Shown in pieces: positions 47,768-61,096 of a DNA stretch of 64,000 nucleotides. The stretch's first letter is position 1. Every line of letters starts with the position of its first letter. The notes under the pieces are model-generated. The model ran no database searches. It had not been told where the DNA came from and worked only from the letters and a program-made list of their open reading frames with translations. The translations under genes and the position numbers were made by a program. The DNA comes from Calonectris borealis (taxonomy: Eukaryota), in contig NC_134312.1 of assembly GCF_964195595.1 (NCBI RefSeq), forward strand, positions 201,281,140-201,345,139. Direction: 5' to 3'.

Positions 47768-48192
47768 CTAGGTTAAAAGAAAAGCAAAAAAACCCCAACA
47801 CCAAAAAACCCCCAAAACCAAACCCCAGACTTAAAATAAAGGTTATGATTGCAATAATTGCCATAATGTCATGTCATTGAAACAAAACTAGAAAGTCTCA
47901 ATGAAATGCATTTCTTTTTTTTTTTTTTGAACATTGAGGACTCATATGTTCCTCTTTTGCAATGCAAGTTTAAGTTAAACATTTTAACATGTGAAGGCTT
48001 GTACATTTCTGTACTTACATACACTGCCACTTTTCCTGTGGGAAATACCTACATACAGACCCTTAGTGTCATTTGGATATCTGGTTATCTGCTTGTGTGA
48101 AGCTGATGGAGGACTTGTTTCTTAGTAGAGATCCTCTTGAGTAACAACAGTCAAGGACAATTGCAGACAAAAACCTCTCTCTGTAAACATAC

Positions 48193-48382
48193 CCTGAGAA
48201 AATTAGAACTACAGAGCTCCCAAAATCAATCAGGAATACTTCCAGCAGTGCAATATCACAAACTTTGTATCTTATTGGACCACAAGGCTTCCTCTCATTT
48301 TTACGTTTTAGGGGAATTAGTTCAGTGATAGTTCCACGGCACCACATTTCCATTTCCTTACTCTTAATAAAAGTTCTAGCAC
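48193..48382 (-). CDS. RNF17: RNF17 coding exon (Tudor-1 core), phase 1 in, phase 2 out
   Basis: Minus acceptor ccgtatag| and donor tcagg|gtatgttt. Translates (G)[62 protein letters not shown]. Human: [62 protein letters not shown]. Track ORF 48069-48587. Confidence 0.88.
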
Positions 48383-48587
48383 CTATACGGAAGCAAATAA
48401 AAAAAAGACAGACTAAATTCAGTATTTGTAGATATTTCACACTGGAAGTATTATTACAGTTCTGCATAATGTTCCATTGTTGCCTGTCTTCCACACAGGT
48501 AGTAAGAGTGCTACTGCTAAAATAAAGACACAAAGACATTAAAAACCTTGTCTCGATAGCCACCAGAAGTTTTCTCCCCACACTCAT

Positions 48588-49225
48588 TTCATAGAATCAT
48601 AGAATCATTAAGGTTGGAAAAGACCTCTAAGATCATCGAGTCCAACCATCAACCCAACACCACCGTGCTCACTAAACCACGTCCCTAAGCGCCTCATCTG
48701 CACGTCTTTTAAATACTTCCAGGGATGGTGACTCAACCACCTCCCTGGGCAGCCTGTTCCAAGGCCTGACCACTCTTTCAGTAAAGAAATTTCTCCTAAT
48801 GTCCAATCTAAACCTCCCTCGGCGCAACTTGAGGCCATTTCCTCTTGTCCTGTCACTAGTTACTTGGCAGAAGAGACCAACACCCACCTCGCTACAACCT
48901 CCTTTCAGGTAGTTGTAGAGCGCGATGAGGTCTCCCCTCAGCCTCCTCTTCTCCAGGCTAAACAACCCCAGTTCCCTCAGCCGCCCCTCATAAGACTTGT
49001 GCTCCAGGCCCTTCACCAGCTTCGTTGCCCTTCTCTGGACACGCTCCAGCACCTCCATGTCCTTCTTGTAGTGAGGGGCCCAAAACTGAACACAGTATTC
49101 GAGGTGCGGCCTCACCAGTGCCGAGTACAGAGGCACGATCACCTCCCTACTCCTGCTGGCCACGCTATTTCTGATACAGGCCAGGATGCCATTGGCCTTC
49201 TTGGCCACAATGTCTGTACGGCTAG
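48588..49225 (-). mobile_element. CR1 LINE fragment (about 640 bp) retaining an ORF2 reverse-transcriptase C-terminal remnant, in an RNF17 intron, in the same orientation as the gene
   Basis: Minus-strand read ends in the CR1 tail motif ...[33 protein letters not shown]. The plus strand begins with the reverse complement of the CR1 terminus (catagaatcatagaatcattaaggttggaaaagacctctaagatcatcgagtccaacc). Track ORF 48672-49208 (178 aa) is the retrotransposon ORF2 tail, not a host gene. Confidence 0.88.
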
Positions 49226-49925
49226 AAGGTATTTGGCTTGTTTTAAGAAGTAATTTCTGGCAAACTTTCTATACCTCTTAGTAAAGTGGCAAAAAACGAT
49301 TGAAGTTGAGGGCTATTACATACTTTTTATCAGTTCTCTAAACACCTTCTAGAAGCGAGTAACACTGTCAACATGTGGGCTAGAAAAGAATTTTAATGAT
49401 TTAGCAATGTATTACTGTCTTTCACCTTTACTTCCAGAGTGGTTTCTATCCAGTTAGTGAACTTTAAAAAAAAATCATCTATCCACTCGAAGGGAATGTT
49501 GCTTGCATAAGAGAAAGCTGATTTACTGAAGCAATGAAAGAACTAGGCTAGTCATTAAAATCAATATACTGAAAAAACTATCAGTTACCAATTACCACCT
49601 AATGCTGGCAAACATTAAGTTTACAGCCAGGTGTTTCAACTGCTGGTTACTCTAAGCACTCAATTTGTTGAGGTTAAGAAGAACCGTCTTTTTTACTTCT
49701 ACCGTTTTCGTTTACATGATTTAATAAAAGTCTACTTTACCAAACAATGTGTACAATGTTTCCCAAAAAGCATTAATTGTAGATTCCAGAACATATAAGG
49801 ACTACTTTACTATTGGGGGTGGGGGGTAGAAGGCAGGAGAGAGAAGAAAAAAAGCATATTATACTGAGGAAGACATACTGCAAGTATTTTAAGCTAATGT
49901 AGACCTTTAGAAATTAGTAATTTAC

Positions 49926-50087
49926 CTAGTTCCAAAACATCTGAAGGCAAGAGATATGAACTCTTATTACAACAAAAGTTTTTCAATTTCTTCTCCAAAA
50001 CCCCTGCTTCTTTCTTCTGTGAGTATCTCCGAATATAGAAGTGGCATGGATTTATAACATGGCTCACAAACACTAGTTCTGTCGAAC
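49926..50087 (-). CDS. RNF17: RNF17 coding exon (start of Tudor-1), phase 1 in, phase 1 out
   Basis: Minus acceptor tcttactcag| and donor gaactag|gtaaatt. Translates (S)[53 protein letters not shown]. Human: [52 protein letters not shown]. Track ORF 49894-50115. Confidence 0.88.
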
Positions 50088-53000
50088 CTGAGTAAGACAT
50101 AAAACAGATTATCACTCTCCAAGTGACTCCAACAGATATTATTAGACATGTTATTAGGTTTATGTTGCATTAATCATGATAACGTTACCTCAAATAGCTT
50201 TAAATCTGAAAAGTCTGCTCACACTTGTTTCAAACTAGTTACCATGTTTGCTTTCTGATTAAATCTGCGCTTTTGAACCACCTCCCTTATACTACCCTGT
50301 AAAACAAAAGGCTGTCTCACTGCTTATGAAGTGGTAGTCTGAATTTAAGTAAGTAATTCAGAGTTTGTATTCCCTTTATTTAACAGAGAAATAGGAAGCT
50401 TCTAGAAAGCAAATTAGAGAGATTAAGACTCCTACCTTTAAGGTAGGTGTGCTGAGCACTTTTGTATAGTCATTCCGTGATAATGCATGAAGATCAAGGA
50501 ATGGCCTAAACCTAGCCAACCTAGCTATCTAAGACAGTACTTCTGACTAAGCATCCAAATCCTTTGTACTGCAGGCACCTCCCTTGATTTGGGATCCAAA
50601 ATGCAGGTTTCTCTTTCTGAAGCTACTCACCAAAGGTGGTGGATGGGTCAGAAGGTTTTAGAAGCCCAGCAACTCAATTCCTACAAGAGTATTTTACACC
50701 ACAAAAGAGCGGATAGCATCATCTAGATCTAATGCCACCTGCGTGACTGATCAGGGCACAGGAACAGATAGATTTGCAGCATCCTAGAGCCCTGCAACCT
50801 CTGTGCCCATCTCTGAACTATAACTGATCGTGGGCAAAAGACGGTACAAAGAATCTGGCATTTGAAACATTCTGAGCATGTACACAGGACTGTGCTTGGA
50901 AGTTTAGGAAATGCAATGTCCAGAACAGATGCAAGATTACTCTTGGGCATTTCCAGTGGAAAAGACGGTATCCGAGTAAAGAGTCTGAACATCTTGAAAG
51001 ATTTCAGCTATAGGTACACTAACTCTTCTGGATCACCCTTGGTCACCATCTCCAAGCATGTGATGAGTCAGCTAGCTTATCTTAAGTAGATCAGGAAAAT
51101 TATGTATTAACAGTCACTTCACTAGATCAGTGGAGGCTGATACCTCCAGCCAAAAACAGTAACAGGAGCTGGGCCAGTTCTGGGTCACTAGAGCCAGATG
51201 GATCAGGAAGAGATTTCTTCAAGCTGTTTGAATATGTTCCTTAAACTAAATGAAACAAAAAATCCCAACAAACCACAGCTGCCTGAAAAGGATTTGAAAA
51301 ATTTATCAAACATTATTCGTCTGATAACTAACCCTACTAGCAGGAGAGAATGAAAAATTCTTTATATGAAACTTCAAATTATGCTTCCCATAATCCAAAA
51401 AGATCCAGTATTGCACAAAATATAGATTTTAACATATTACTGATAAAAACCATCAGGTAACTCTGTGATCATTTAATCTCTTAAGATCTTGTTCTCCTAG
51501 CATGTATGTGAGAGAGACTAAAATTTAAGTGTCTGATAAGGCTCAAACATCATACAACTGTGATAGTTGTGAGGTGTTTCTCTCTCCATGTAAATTCTTT
51601 GATGTCTAATAAAGGGTGAGCACACGCTACACTAACTTCAGTATGGGCATTAGGAGAATTTCTCTGCGAACTACTTATTTCCACAGAATTTGTTATGGAT
51701 TTAAATGGCTCAAATTCCCTAATACTCTTGTCAAGTCTCATTAAGAGCAGCCAGTGAATTCACAAGTTATTGGACATGAAATTGCTAGGGGAAAGTGCAT
51801 TTATATAACTCTGAGGTTAAAAAAAAAAAAGAAAGGGAAAAAAACTAAAACAAAAAAACCCGAACAAAAAACCCAAACCAAACCAAACAATGCAATTTCC
51901 TTAATCTTTTTTCTTCACTAATATTATTTTGTATCCTAGATTAAGGCACATCTTTTTGCAGCAGTGCTTCTTCCTCTGTCAACTTCCTAGATCAGTTTCT
52001 TTCTTTCCCAATACTGCAATGTCTACTCTTCAACTTTTATTACCGTTTACACTCAACAATGAACAAAGCTCAAAGGACCACACAAACTGTGCCTACAGAA
52101 TTTTTGAATGAAGTAACTTATTTCCTCAATTTGCTCTCTGTTTCGTACATTTATCTGTTCACTCATAATTCAGAAAACCAAACATAGATAGAAGGAGAAT
52201 AAAACAACAGTTCAAAATTCAGTATATAAACTACAGACCTAAGAAATGGGTCCCACTGTTCACAGCAAACACTGCTGTCATTATGTCAAATATCTGCCAG
52301 GTGTGAACAAACACTGGCGATGTTGAGTTTCTGAAAGTTGCTTGGGACTTCTTGTATTGCATCTTCCAACTAAGTGGTTTTATGGTAAATCTTAAAAGAC
52401 AGTATAGTCTTTACATTAGCAAGGAGAGCAGACCAGGGAGTGTTTTTGCAGAGCAAAACTGCTGGTGCTAAGAATGACTGCAAGCACCTCCCAGACTAGT
52501 TTTAACTGAAAGGAAATCAATTCATGTGCCCCAAGTCTGCTCTTAATGTGAGCAAAGACATGCTAACTGGGGTCAGTTAGGAGATCTGCTTCCTAGTATA
52601 TTCCTGATCCCAACTTAGAATGCTAATGTCTGTGTCCAACTCTCCAATAAATTCCAGTGTTTGCTCTCACGCCTTAGAGGATGGGTCCCTTCTATAAACG
52701 AAACCATTTACCGGATAGGAAAACCACTAACCAGCTTTGTGTTGAAAAGGTGGTTCCTTCTTGAAGAGTTTCTTCCTCTGTTCATCAGCATGATATTCTA
52801 TGGGAAACTCTGTTTGTTTATTGTTTTAGGAGAAAAGTTTAATGAATTAGGTTAGTTAAGTATTTATACATATGTAATAAAGCAGTAAACACAGTAAAGA
52901 GAACTTACATGTACTGTAAGGGTACTGCAAAGGCAAAAATTCTCATATCTGATGTGACTGAAACAGATGCACACACAGGGACTATGTGCACATGGCCAGC

Positions 53001-54002
53001 CCACACGCTAATTCCAAGATTACAAAACTATAATTAAAATTCTTAGATTCAAGACACGCAAAACTCATATAACTGCAGTTTGAAGGAATTTTGTTCTGAC
53101 AAGAGTTTTGTGAAGTCCACTGGGATTCTGGAATATGCTATTTTAGACAGTCGTGCCCAAGCTCTGAAATTTACCTCACCTTGATCAGCTATATGCTACC
53201 ACAATTACTCTCGCATACCACCGCTGTCCTCTCCCTATCCTCCCCAAGCATTACTAATCATAGGGATTTTCCGGGTATGTTGTGGACACAGAACACTCTG
53301 ACGTTAAGCATCTTAATTATACTGTGGGAAACACCTATCTATTCCCCCTCTATTATCTAACTGGAATTTCCATATTCCAACTTGTTCCTAACGCCTTCAG
53401 CCCTATCCCTGAGCGCCTCCTGGACACCAGCTTGGTAGGCTCTGCTGGACTTGCTCCAGTGTGACAGTGACTTTCAGTACTGCAGGGTCCAAAAGTGGAC
53501 ACAGTACTCCAGATTCAGTCTCGCAAGAGCCTAATAGAGGGGAAGGATCACTTCCTGGACCTATTAGCTACACTCTTACTAATACAGTCCAGGGAAAACC
53601 TGACAAGCCGAAGAACTTAATTGTTATTGCCAGTTAACGTAGGCCCTGGGAGAAGATTCAGGAAGCCAAGGGAACTGCCAGAGAAGCATCCTCCAGGAGC
53701 CAGTGTCAGAAACTCTGAGGGGGACTGTAATCACTAAAAGTCAAAGAGAATCATCCAGGCAGACACAGGAAATTATGACCCCTCTTTGAGAGAACTTGTG
53801 AGAAACTTTTGACTAAGCTAAGCTGAAGGAGGACAAAAAACAAACGATGCTAGCTCAAAGGAAGATAAAATGAAAGACAGACATCATTAAAGAATTCATA
53901 TGAGCCGAGTACAACTACAAACACACAACATAATACAAAACACATAAATAACATCATGGTCAACAATGGAACACTGAAAGCATCAGGTATTAAGCAACTT
54001 AC

Positions 54003-54322
54003 TTTCCAGGTCATCTTCAAATATTTCTTCTATTATGACATCAGGGCTGGATGGAGACTTAGGTAAAGCAGGAATACTCTGATGACGTACCATAGGAAGT
54101 GTTTCTTGTACTTGAGTATTTTTCACTTCTTTGTGAACACTAAGTTTATTTGCATGAGCCTTTATTTTACTTTCTCTGCTAAGTGCTGGAAACATATTCT
54201 CTACAGGTGATTGAGTATTGCAGCTTGGCATTTCTTCGTCATCAAGGATAAGAGGGTGTTGTCCACTATCTTCACTATATTTGGGAAAACATTTATTTGG
54301 AGACAAATTAATATAATCCAGT
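54003..54322 (-). CDS. RNF17: RNF17 coding exon (poorly conserved linker ending in the conserved SSPDVIIEEI motif); 5' boundary tentative
   Basis: Minus donor ctggaaa|gtaagttgc. The 3' part translates ...LPKSPSSPDVIIEEIFEDDLE (human ...MGSSPDVIIEEIIEDNVE). The stop-free frame extends upstream to a candidate acceptor gaaaacag| at 54323. Track ORF 53983-54306. Confidence 0.6.
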
Positions 54323-55050
54323 CTGTTTTCAGAAAAGCACGCGAGTCAAAGCAGAGGTTTTATTAAGAACATATCACTGTGTTAAGAAAACACCTTGTAA
54401 GAGCTGGTTGAAATAAACTGTTATGTTTTTGAACACCAAGACAAAAAAAACAGTAACATGATTTCTGAAACCTAAAAAGGATTGGCACAGAAATGGCATA
54501 TATTCTTGGGCACAGCTCAGTAGAAGAGCTACCCCTGCTTAAATGATCAAACTGAGACCACAGGTACAAATACAAATTATTTGAAAAAAGTTTTAATAAT
54601 GTGATAGATGGTTCATGTTAAAAAGAACAGGCATGTCAGATGCTTTTGTACTAACAGTTACTCTTCACTGTAATCTGCAGGATTTTCAAATATTACAGTA
54701 TGCAATAAGCCTTTTTTAACATAACCAGTGCTAACTACAATGGCCCTAACAGCAACTCCATTTCATTTTCTCAAGTTCTTGTCAAAGACTGCGGGGAAAA
54801 ATAAATAAAGGGAACTAATAAAATAAAAGCAATTGTAATTTTTAAAATAAAAGTCAGGTTTTTTCTGGTTCAAGTTCATCTTAAACAATTTTTTCTGGCA
54901 TTTGACACAATCAGTATTTAGACTGTGAAGTGGAAATACTATAAATTTCAGTATTTGCTGTTGATTTTAGAGATTTATTTACACTTATAAGAAGTAATTT
55001 TCATATGCTGAAATGATAGACATCTCTATTACGTGTACTATGAATGCATA

Positions 55051-55158
55051 GATGTGGTGCTTAAGGACATGATTTAGTGGTGGACTTGGCAGTGTTAGGT
55101 TTATGGTTGGACTCAATGATCTGAAAGATCTTTTCCAACCTAAATGATTCTATGATTG
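55051..55158 (+). mobile_element. CR1 LINE 3' terminal fragment
   Basis: gatgtggtgcttaaggacatgatttagtggtggacttggcagtgttaggtttatggttggactcaatgatctgaaagatcttttccaacctaaatgattctatgatt. Confidence 0.75.
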
Positions 55159-56547
55159 TATCATTAAATGCCTGCCAAAGCTGAAAAGCACACAGCATAA
55201 AAAAATCTTGATAACTTAAGTGATACAGTGAAATATAGTTGGGTGAAACACAATTAAAACTGAAGTGTCAGAACTGAAACACTAACTGGATTAACTGGAA
55301 TGCTGACTGAAATACCAGCATCTGAAGTTTTGCTTTGTTTCATTACACAGATTTTTTTTTTTTTTTTTAATTTATTCTCCAAGAAATATTTAACCATTAA
55401 AAGAACAGGTAAGCTACTGTACCTATCCTCTTTATTAAAAAAATACTTACTGCCCTGTTGTTCCCCATTCAATCTTGCCCAAATTTTTTAACAAAGATGT
55501 AATCTCATCAGTGTTTACGAAGAATCTCGAGAGAAGAAACATTACAGAAGGTGACATCAATACCTAAATCACTCTGACAGTTTGAGATGTATGCTATTTT
55601 TCAGCACAATATTCATGGAGGGGCAAAATAAGAGATAAGTTACCTACTCCAGTTTCATTCTTCACTCCGATTGACAACAGATTTGGTTGCTCATTTATCT
55701 CCACATTCATACTTAAAAACTCTCTTGCTTTTTGCTTTCTCTCTCTCTCATGCAGAGTACTCCAACATTCACTTAACTGAGTTTTCATATCTACACCCAG
55801 TTTAGTTCAGTAAATTATTCTACACGGAGAAGAAGAATTCTCCAACAGCCCTGAAGAACAACCATAACTGAAGTCCAAAATGTATGTTCTTTTTGTTCTG
55901 TTTATTGTTACACTAATAAACAGCTGTTTCCTTTACTGATGAAAGCTAGCGAAATCTTTTAAGTACTTTTACAGCTAGGCTAACAGAACTGTAAATATAA
56001 CTTCATTCAATCAAATCCTTAGCTTTGCTGTCCAGTTATAATGAACAATTTGTGAAAACTGAAGTGTAAGCAGTATTGAACACCCCATCTCTTCTTCTCC
56101 CCTCCCGCCCCTTCAGGAACATATCTACCCTTTATTCTACAGTATTTTATGTCTACAGAATGTGCCTCAACTCCAATGCACCTCCTAGCTGCGATTTTTT
56201 CACCTTTGGTGTTATTTTGAAGCGGCACCAGCATGTGAGGCCTTTATACTCATCCTTCATCAGATCTCCGTTTTCCCCTGTTTTGTTCAAGTTCTTAAAA
56301 GGTCTTCTAAGGCAAACAAATTTATTTTGTCATGTTTTAGCTTTCTTCTAGGTTGAGAGAGTTTGCCATTGTGCATTTAAATAGGCATCTCTGAAATTCT
56401 CATTCACCACTGACGTTATCTTCAAAACAGGCCCTACCTACCAAGTCACTAAGTTTACTAAAAGATGATTTTAAAGATTCCTTTATCCATATTCTAATGA
56501 CTCAACTAACATATGACAGGAGGAGTCATAATTTTTGTCAAGCATTG

Positions 56548-57106
56548 GAACAGGCTGCCCAGGGAAGTGGTTGAGTCACCATCCCTGGAAGCATTCGGCT
56601 GAGAGAGCTGGGGTTGTTTAGACTGGAGAAGAGAAGGCTTCAGGGAGACCTTATGGCAGCCTTTCAATACTTACAGGGGGCTTGTAAGAAAGATGGGGAC
56701 AGACTTTTTAGTAGGGCCTGTAGCGATAGGACAGGGGGTAATGGTTTTAAACTAAGAGGGTAGATTCACACTAGATAGAAGGAAGAAATTTTTTATGATG
56801 AGGGTGGTAAAACACTAGCACAGGTTGCCCAGAGAGGTGGTAGATGCCCCATCCCTGGGAACATTCAAGGTCAGGTTAGATGGGGCTTTGAGCAACCTGA
56901 TCTAGTTGAAGATGTTCCTGCTCATGGCAGGGGGTTGGACTAGATGACCTTTAAAGGTCCCTTCCAACCCAAACTATTCTATGATTTAAAAGACGTGCAG
57001 ACATGACACTTAGGGACATGGTTTAGTGGTGGATTTGGTAGTGTTAGGTTAACAGTTGGACTCGGATGATCTTAAGGGTCTTTTCCTACCTAAATGATTC
57101 CATGAT
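56548..57106 (+). mobile_element. Cluster of three consecutive CR1 LINE 3' ends in the same orientation (about 56548-56630, 56630-56990, 56990-57106)
   Basis: Three successive copies of the CR1 tail signature (ggctgcccagggaagtgg...caccatccctgg; gttgcccagagaggtggtagatgccccatccctgg...ccttccaacccaaactattctatgatt; ...gacatggtttagtggtggatttggtagtgttaggtt...gatcttaagggtcttttcctacctaaatgattccatga). Confidence 0.78.
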
Positions 57107-59239
57107 AATTTTTCACACTTTGCATGCAAGTTATCAACTTGATTACAACAGTCAGAATCTGATGGCACACAACCACTCTATTCCCCAATGTGGTTCCAAG
57201 TCCTGAAATATAATGGGATCCCCAAGATGTTCCAACCTAACACCATCTTCGTTCTGTCCCTCCTTCATTGCTCCTGAATGTGGTCTTTATACACTAGGAT
57301 TACAGTACTCTGACCAGTCTTATAACCAAGCTGCATCGGCTCAGCTGTACCACAGCCATGACACATTTTCTTGCTCATTTCTGGTATAGAAATCGTATTT
57401 GTCACTTCCAATGAGAGCAACACAGTAATTTTCCACAAATTTCTTCTTAGACATCAGTGCCCCAAAAAGCATTTAAGTCTTTCCTGAAGGCAAGAAATGG
57501 ATTCATTTTTCAAAAAATAATTAAGCTGTTATTTCCCTCATTTTTTTCTACTTGGAAGGAGAGGAAATTTGAAAGTGGCAGAAGTCTGTCAAGAATTTTT
57601 AAAATGCATATATATTTGTTTACACAGCAGCAAATTGTACGTGCTTTCTCCCCGATGCCTCAGATGAAGGCTACTGTGCATTGTTACTGATGAGTTTATA
57701 CACATCTGAACTAGGGGTTTTTCAGTAAAATGCAAGTGAAGCAGCTGTGCTGTTTAACTGTTATCGTAATTAAGATAACCAGCCCATCCATCTACCTCCC
57801 AATATACCTCCCACGCCAATCATTTACCTTGAAGATATTTTTTCCTTCAAACTATTCACTCTTGAGAGCTCAGCCTCAATCGGCAACTTTAAATTATAAA
57901 TAACCTGAAATTAAGAAGTACAGTCTTAGCTTCTATTATACAAAAAGCAGATTATACAGGTACCTATTATCTACATGACAAAGCCAGAGTATGACATCTT
58001 TAACTTTACCTCCTTAACAGCCAATAGCCAATGCCTTCTTACACTGCTAAGACCTAATGGTTGGGGATTTTGTAATGTTAGCATGTAAATAGAAGCAGGA
58101 GTCAGATTCTCCTTTTGTATGAACATCTATTGAGAAGGCGACTTCTAATTAAGAAGGTAAGCCTATGGGAGGACAGTGGCAGGTGCCAGCTCCCAACAGT
58201 CACACTGGACAAGATGGAGGCAAATGACAGAAAAAAGGAGGGAATCAGACTTCTTTTCTGGGTCAGATGAGAAAGACTAAGTTTCTTCATAAGGAAAGTG
58301 ACAACGGGATGCAGGGAACATGACAATCTAAAAGTCACTCTACACACTAATGAGACCAGTTATTAATTATTTTTCTCAACACAAGGACTACAAAGGCTCC
58401 AAATGAAATAACTGGGTAGCACATTTAGAAGGAACAGAGGGAGCTCTTTTATAAAAAACACCTCATTTTAAATATTAAAATGTGGAACTCACTGCCGCTC
58501 ATATGAATACATACATACACACTGCCACAAGCATTATGAAGACATTCAAGGAAGTGTTACACAAGCCTATGACGCAATGAGGTAATTACTCAGTGTAATG
58601 ACCCTGATGTATCCCAGTGATTATAAAATCCTTAACCTTCAACCTCCTATAGTCACTAAATGCCCAGGTTCTTAGATTCTTCCTCCAAGCATCTTTTTTT
58701 CTCTGTTGCCAGACAGGAGACTTCACAGGACAAACCTTTGGTCTGATACAGTACGGCAGGTAGTGTGGGTTTCTATGAACAGCAGATATGATGGGGAGGA
58801 AGAATGGACGTAAAAGCCTGGGACCAAGAGGATCAGGAGGGCGTGGCTATTAATCCTGGAGTAGTTCATTGAGAAGGTTGGAAAGCTCTGGAATGGGAAA
58901 GGCTTGAGAGACTTCTAAAGTGCTGAAAAGACTGCCCTTTCACTTATCAGTACTGTGTCACAGTTTTCCTGTCCTCCCCCTCCGTTTGCTGTTTCAGATA
59001 GCAAGCTCTTTGAGGCAAGGACCATCTTTTTTGTTTCACATCAGTCACCAGACCCTAATTTGTGACTAAGACCAAATATAAACTGGGTGTGTGTGTGCAG
59101 AGGTGGGGTGAGAATACATTACTGCAAAAGTCTCAACACTGAAGTCAGCAAACTGAAAGACAGATCACAGACACTTTCAATTCAAATTTGAATGTATTCA
59201 TTAAAAAGAAATTATTTCACAGTGCAAGAATGTAACTAC

Positions 59240-59411
59240 CTGAGCGAGATGACAATAGGTTCTTACAGAAGGTGTAATTTTTAATTCTTTTGCAATCCTA
59301 ATGGCACCAATCAAGCACTTTTTCTTCTCTTCAATGACTTCCTTAGCTTTTGCAATACCAGCAAAATGCTGGTTGATGCTTTTCACTAATTCTGCATGCA
59401 ACTTCCTTTTC
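59240..59411 (-). CDS. RNF17: RNF17 coding exon (N-terminal coiled-coil / B-box-like region), phase 2 in, phase 0 out
   Basis: Minus acceptor ttttaatacag| and donor cgctcag|gtagttac. Translates (R)KRKLHAELVKSINQHFAGIAKAKEVIEEKKKCLIGAIRIAKELKITPSVRTYCHLAQ. Human: RKKNLCEEFARTTDDYLSNLIKAKSYIEEKKNNLNAAMNIARALQLSPSLRTYCDLNQ. Track ORF 59201-59401. Confidence 0.82.
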
Positions 59412-60247
59412 CTGTATTAAAAACATTGCTTTTTAGAATTGAGTAAATACTCAGCTGTACAGATTCAATACCACACTGCACAGTATTGCAGAACATTTAC
59501 ATTGCAGTTATACCACAATAAAAAGTAGAAGTATCATTTTCCTCAATGACTGAAAAGTGGAAAGCATGGAAAACCCACTTAATAATCAGAGGAACCACAA
59601 AAGTTAAGTTTCACACTGAAAAGCCACTTCATTTGGAGAAACTTTTTTTTTATTAAATGTTTAAAACACTCTTCCATTCAAGCCTCTTGATATTTCCATA
59701 CACATCCAACTGAAAACTAAACAGTTGGATTTTGCAATTCAGTCTATTAGGATACCAGGTCCTCTTCTCACAGGCTCTTCTGGAATCCTAAGCTTTGACA
59801 CCCTCCCTCCCTCCCTCAATCTGAAGATACAAATATTTTTGAAAATGAAGAAATAAAGTGTCCTTGGGCTTCTATCAGCTCGAAAATTTGCAGAAAGTCA
59901 ATTTTTAAAAAAGTTATCTTGCTGTTAAACTGATCATCCACTAACAGCAATACCAAAAAACCCTCATAATTGAGCTATTTCAGAAAACTAACATCATTAA
60001 GAGTATTCTAAGTTTTTTCTTTTTTTAAAGAGCAGAGGCTGCATACGCTAGTGTTTTCCAACAATGCAATCCAGCTCCAAGATGCCACTATGAAAGGGCA
60101 AAAATACTGCACAAAAATTAAAGAGAGGTATTATGAAATACTGCTAAAGGAAGACTGAAATTTTCTTTAGAATTCTTTTATCTAAATTAGAAACAACTTC
60201 TTGATAAAAACAATTCACCCCCACCATCCTACAAACCAGATTACTAC

Positions 60248-60348
60248 CTTGACAGGAGAGAAGTAATAAGTTCATCAAACATTCTAACTGCAGTTTCCGC
60301 AACTTCGTCTCCTTCCTGCTTCACTTTCAATTCCAAGTATTTCAGCAT
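60248..60348 (-). CDS. RNF17: RNF17 coding exon, phase 0 in, phase 2 out
   Basis: Minus acceptor gaatgaaatag| and donor gtcaag|gtagtaatc. Translates MLKYLELKVKQEGDEVAETAVRMFDELITSLLS. Human: [33 protein letters not shown]. Confidence 0.75.
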
Positions 60349-61015
60349 CTATTTCATTCAGTATTGAATAAACATGCATTTATTATTTAATTATTCATTA
60401 TTATTATTTCATTATTCTCACATTACTTCTCTCTTTTTTTTTTTTAATTCAGAAGAGAACAGAAGCAATGAACAGTAAGGCAGCGATCAATACTCCAGTG
60501 GAAAGAGTGACACTAAACCACACTGTTCGTTTAAAAAAAAAAAAAAGGCAAATCAGAGGATGATTACATAACGTAATGGAGGAAAAATTATAGCTCATTA
60601 ATCCCTTTGTTTTCTCTAACTTCTAGTCAGCTCGCACTGTCTGGATCCTCATGTCAACTGAAGTCTTTAGCTCTATGAGGCAAGAAACACATAAATGCTG
60701 AATTTTACCCTGATCCAAGGAACCACAAGCTTAGTACTTAAAGACTGGCTTATATATGGTTCTGCTAAATATATGGATTGACCTAGTAACTTTAAATTAT
60801 GCATAGGCTCTCCTTTACAGAGTACTCCTGCAGTCTTTAAACTCCAGGCTATAGCCTGTATATTCACAGAAATCACACAAACAGTTGAAGATGTCAAAAG
60901 AAGGCATTAAAATCATGTTTAAATAGCATGTTAATGTGTGACTACTCATAACAGAAAGCTTCAATCAAGGATAGGATTTAGTATTTCATGATTTATTTAA
61001 CTTATTTTCACCCAC

Positions 61016-61096
61016 CTCATCTGCATCATGTAAGTGGCTGAGATTACAAATAGCTATGCACAAAGCTTCATCAATATCTTCCATAGTTTTGCTGTC
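61016..61096 (-). CDS. RNF17: RNF17 coding exon, 27 codons, phase 0
   Basis: Minus acceptor atctttccccag| and donor gatgag|gtgggtg. Translates DSKTMEDIDEALCIAICNLSHLHDADE. Human: [30 protein letters not shown]. Track ORF 60986-61180. Confidence 0.75.

Noticed and set aside
48672-49208. 178-aa minus-strand ORF as a host protein-coding gene
   Set aside because: It is the C-terminal ORF2 (reverse transcriptase) remnant of a CR1 retrotransposon. It ends in the CR1 tail motif [17 protein letters not shown] and is flanked by the CR1 3' terminus.
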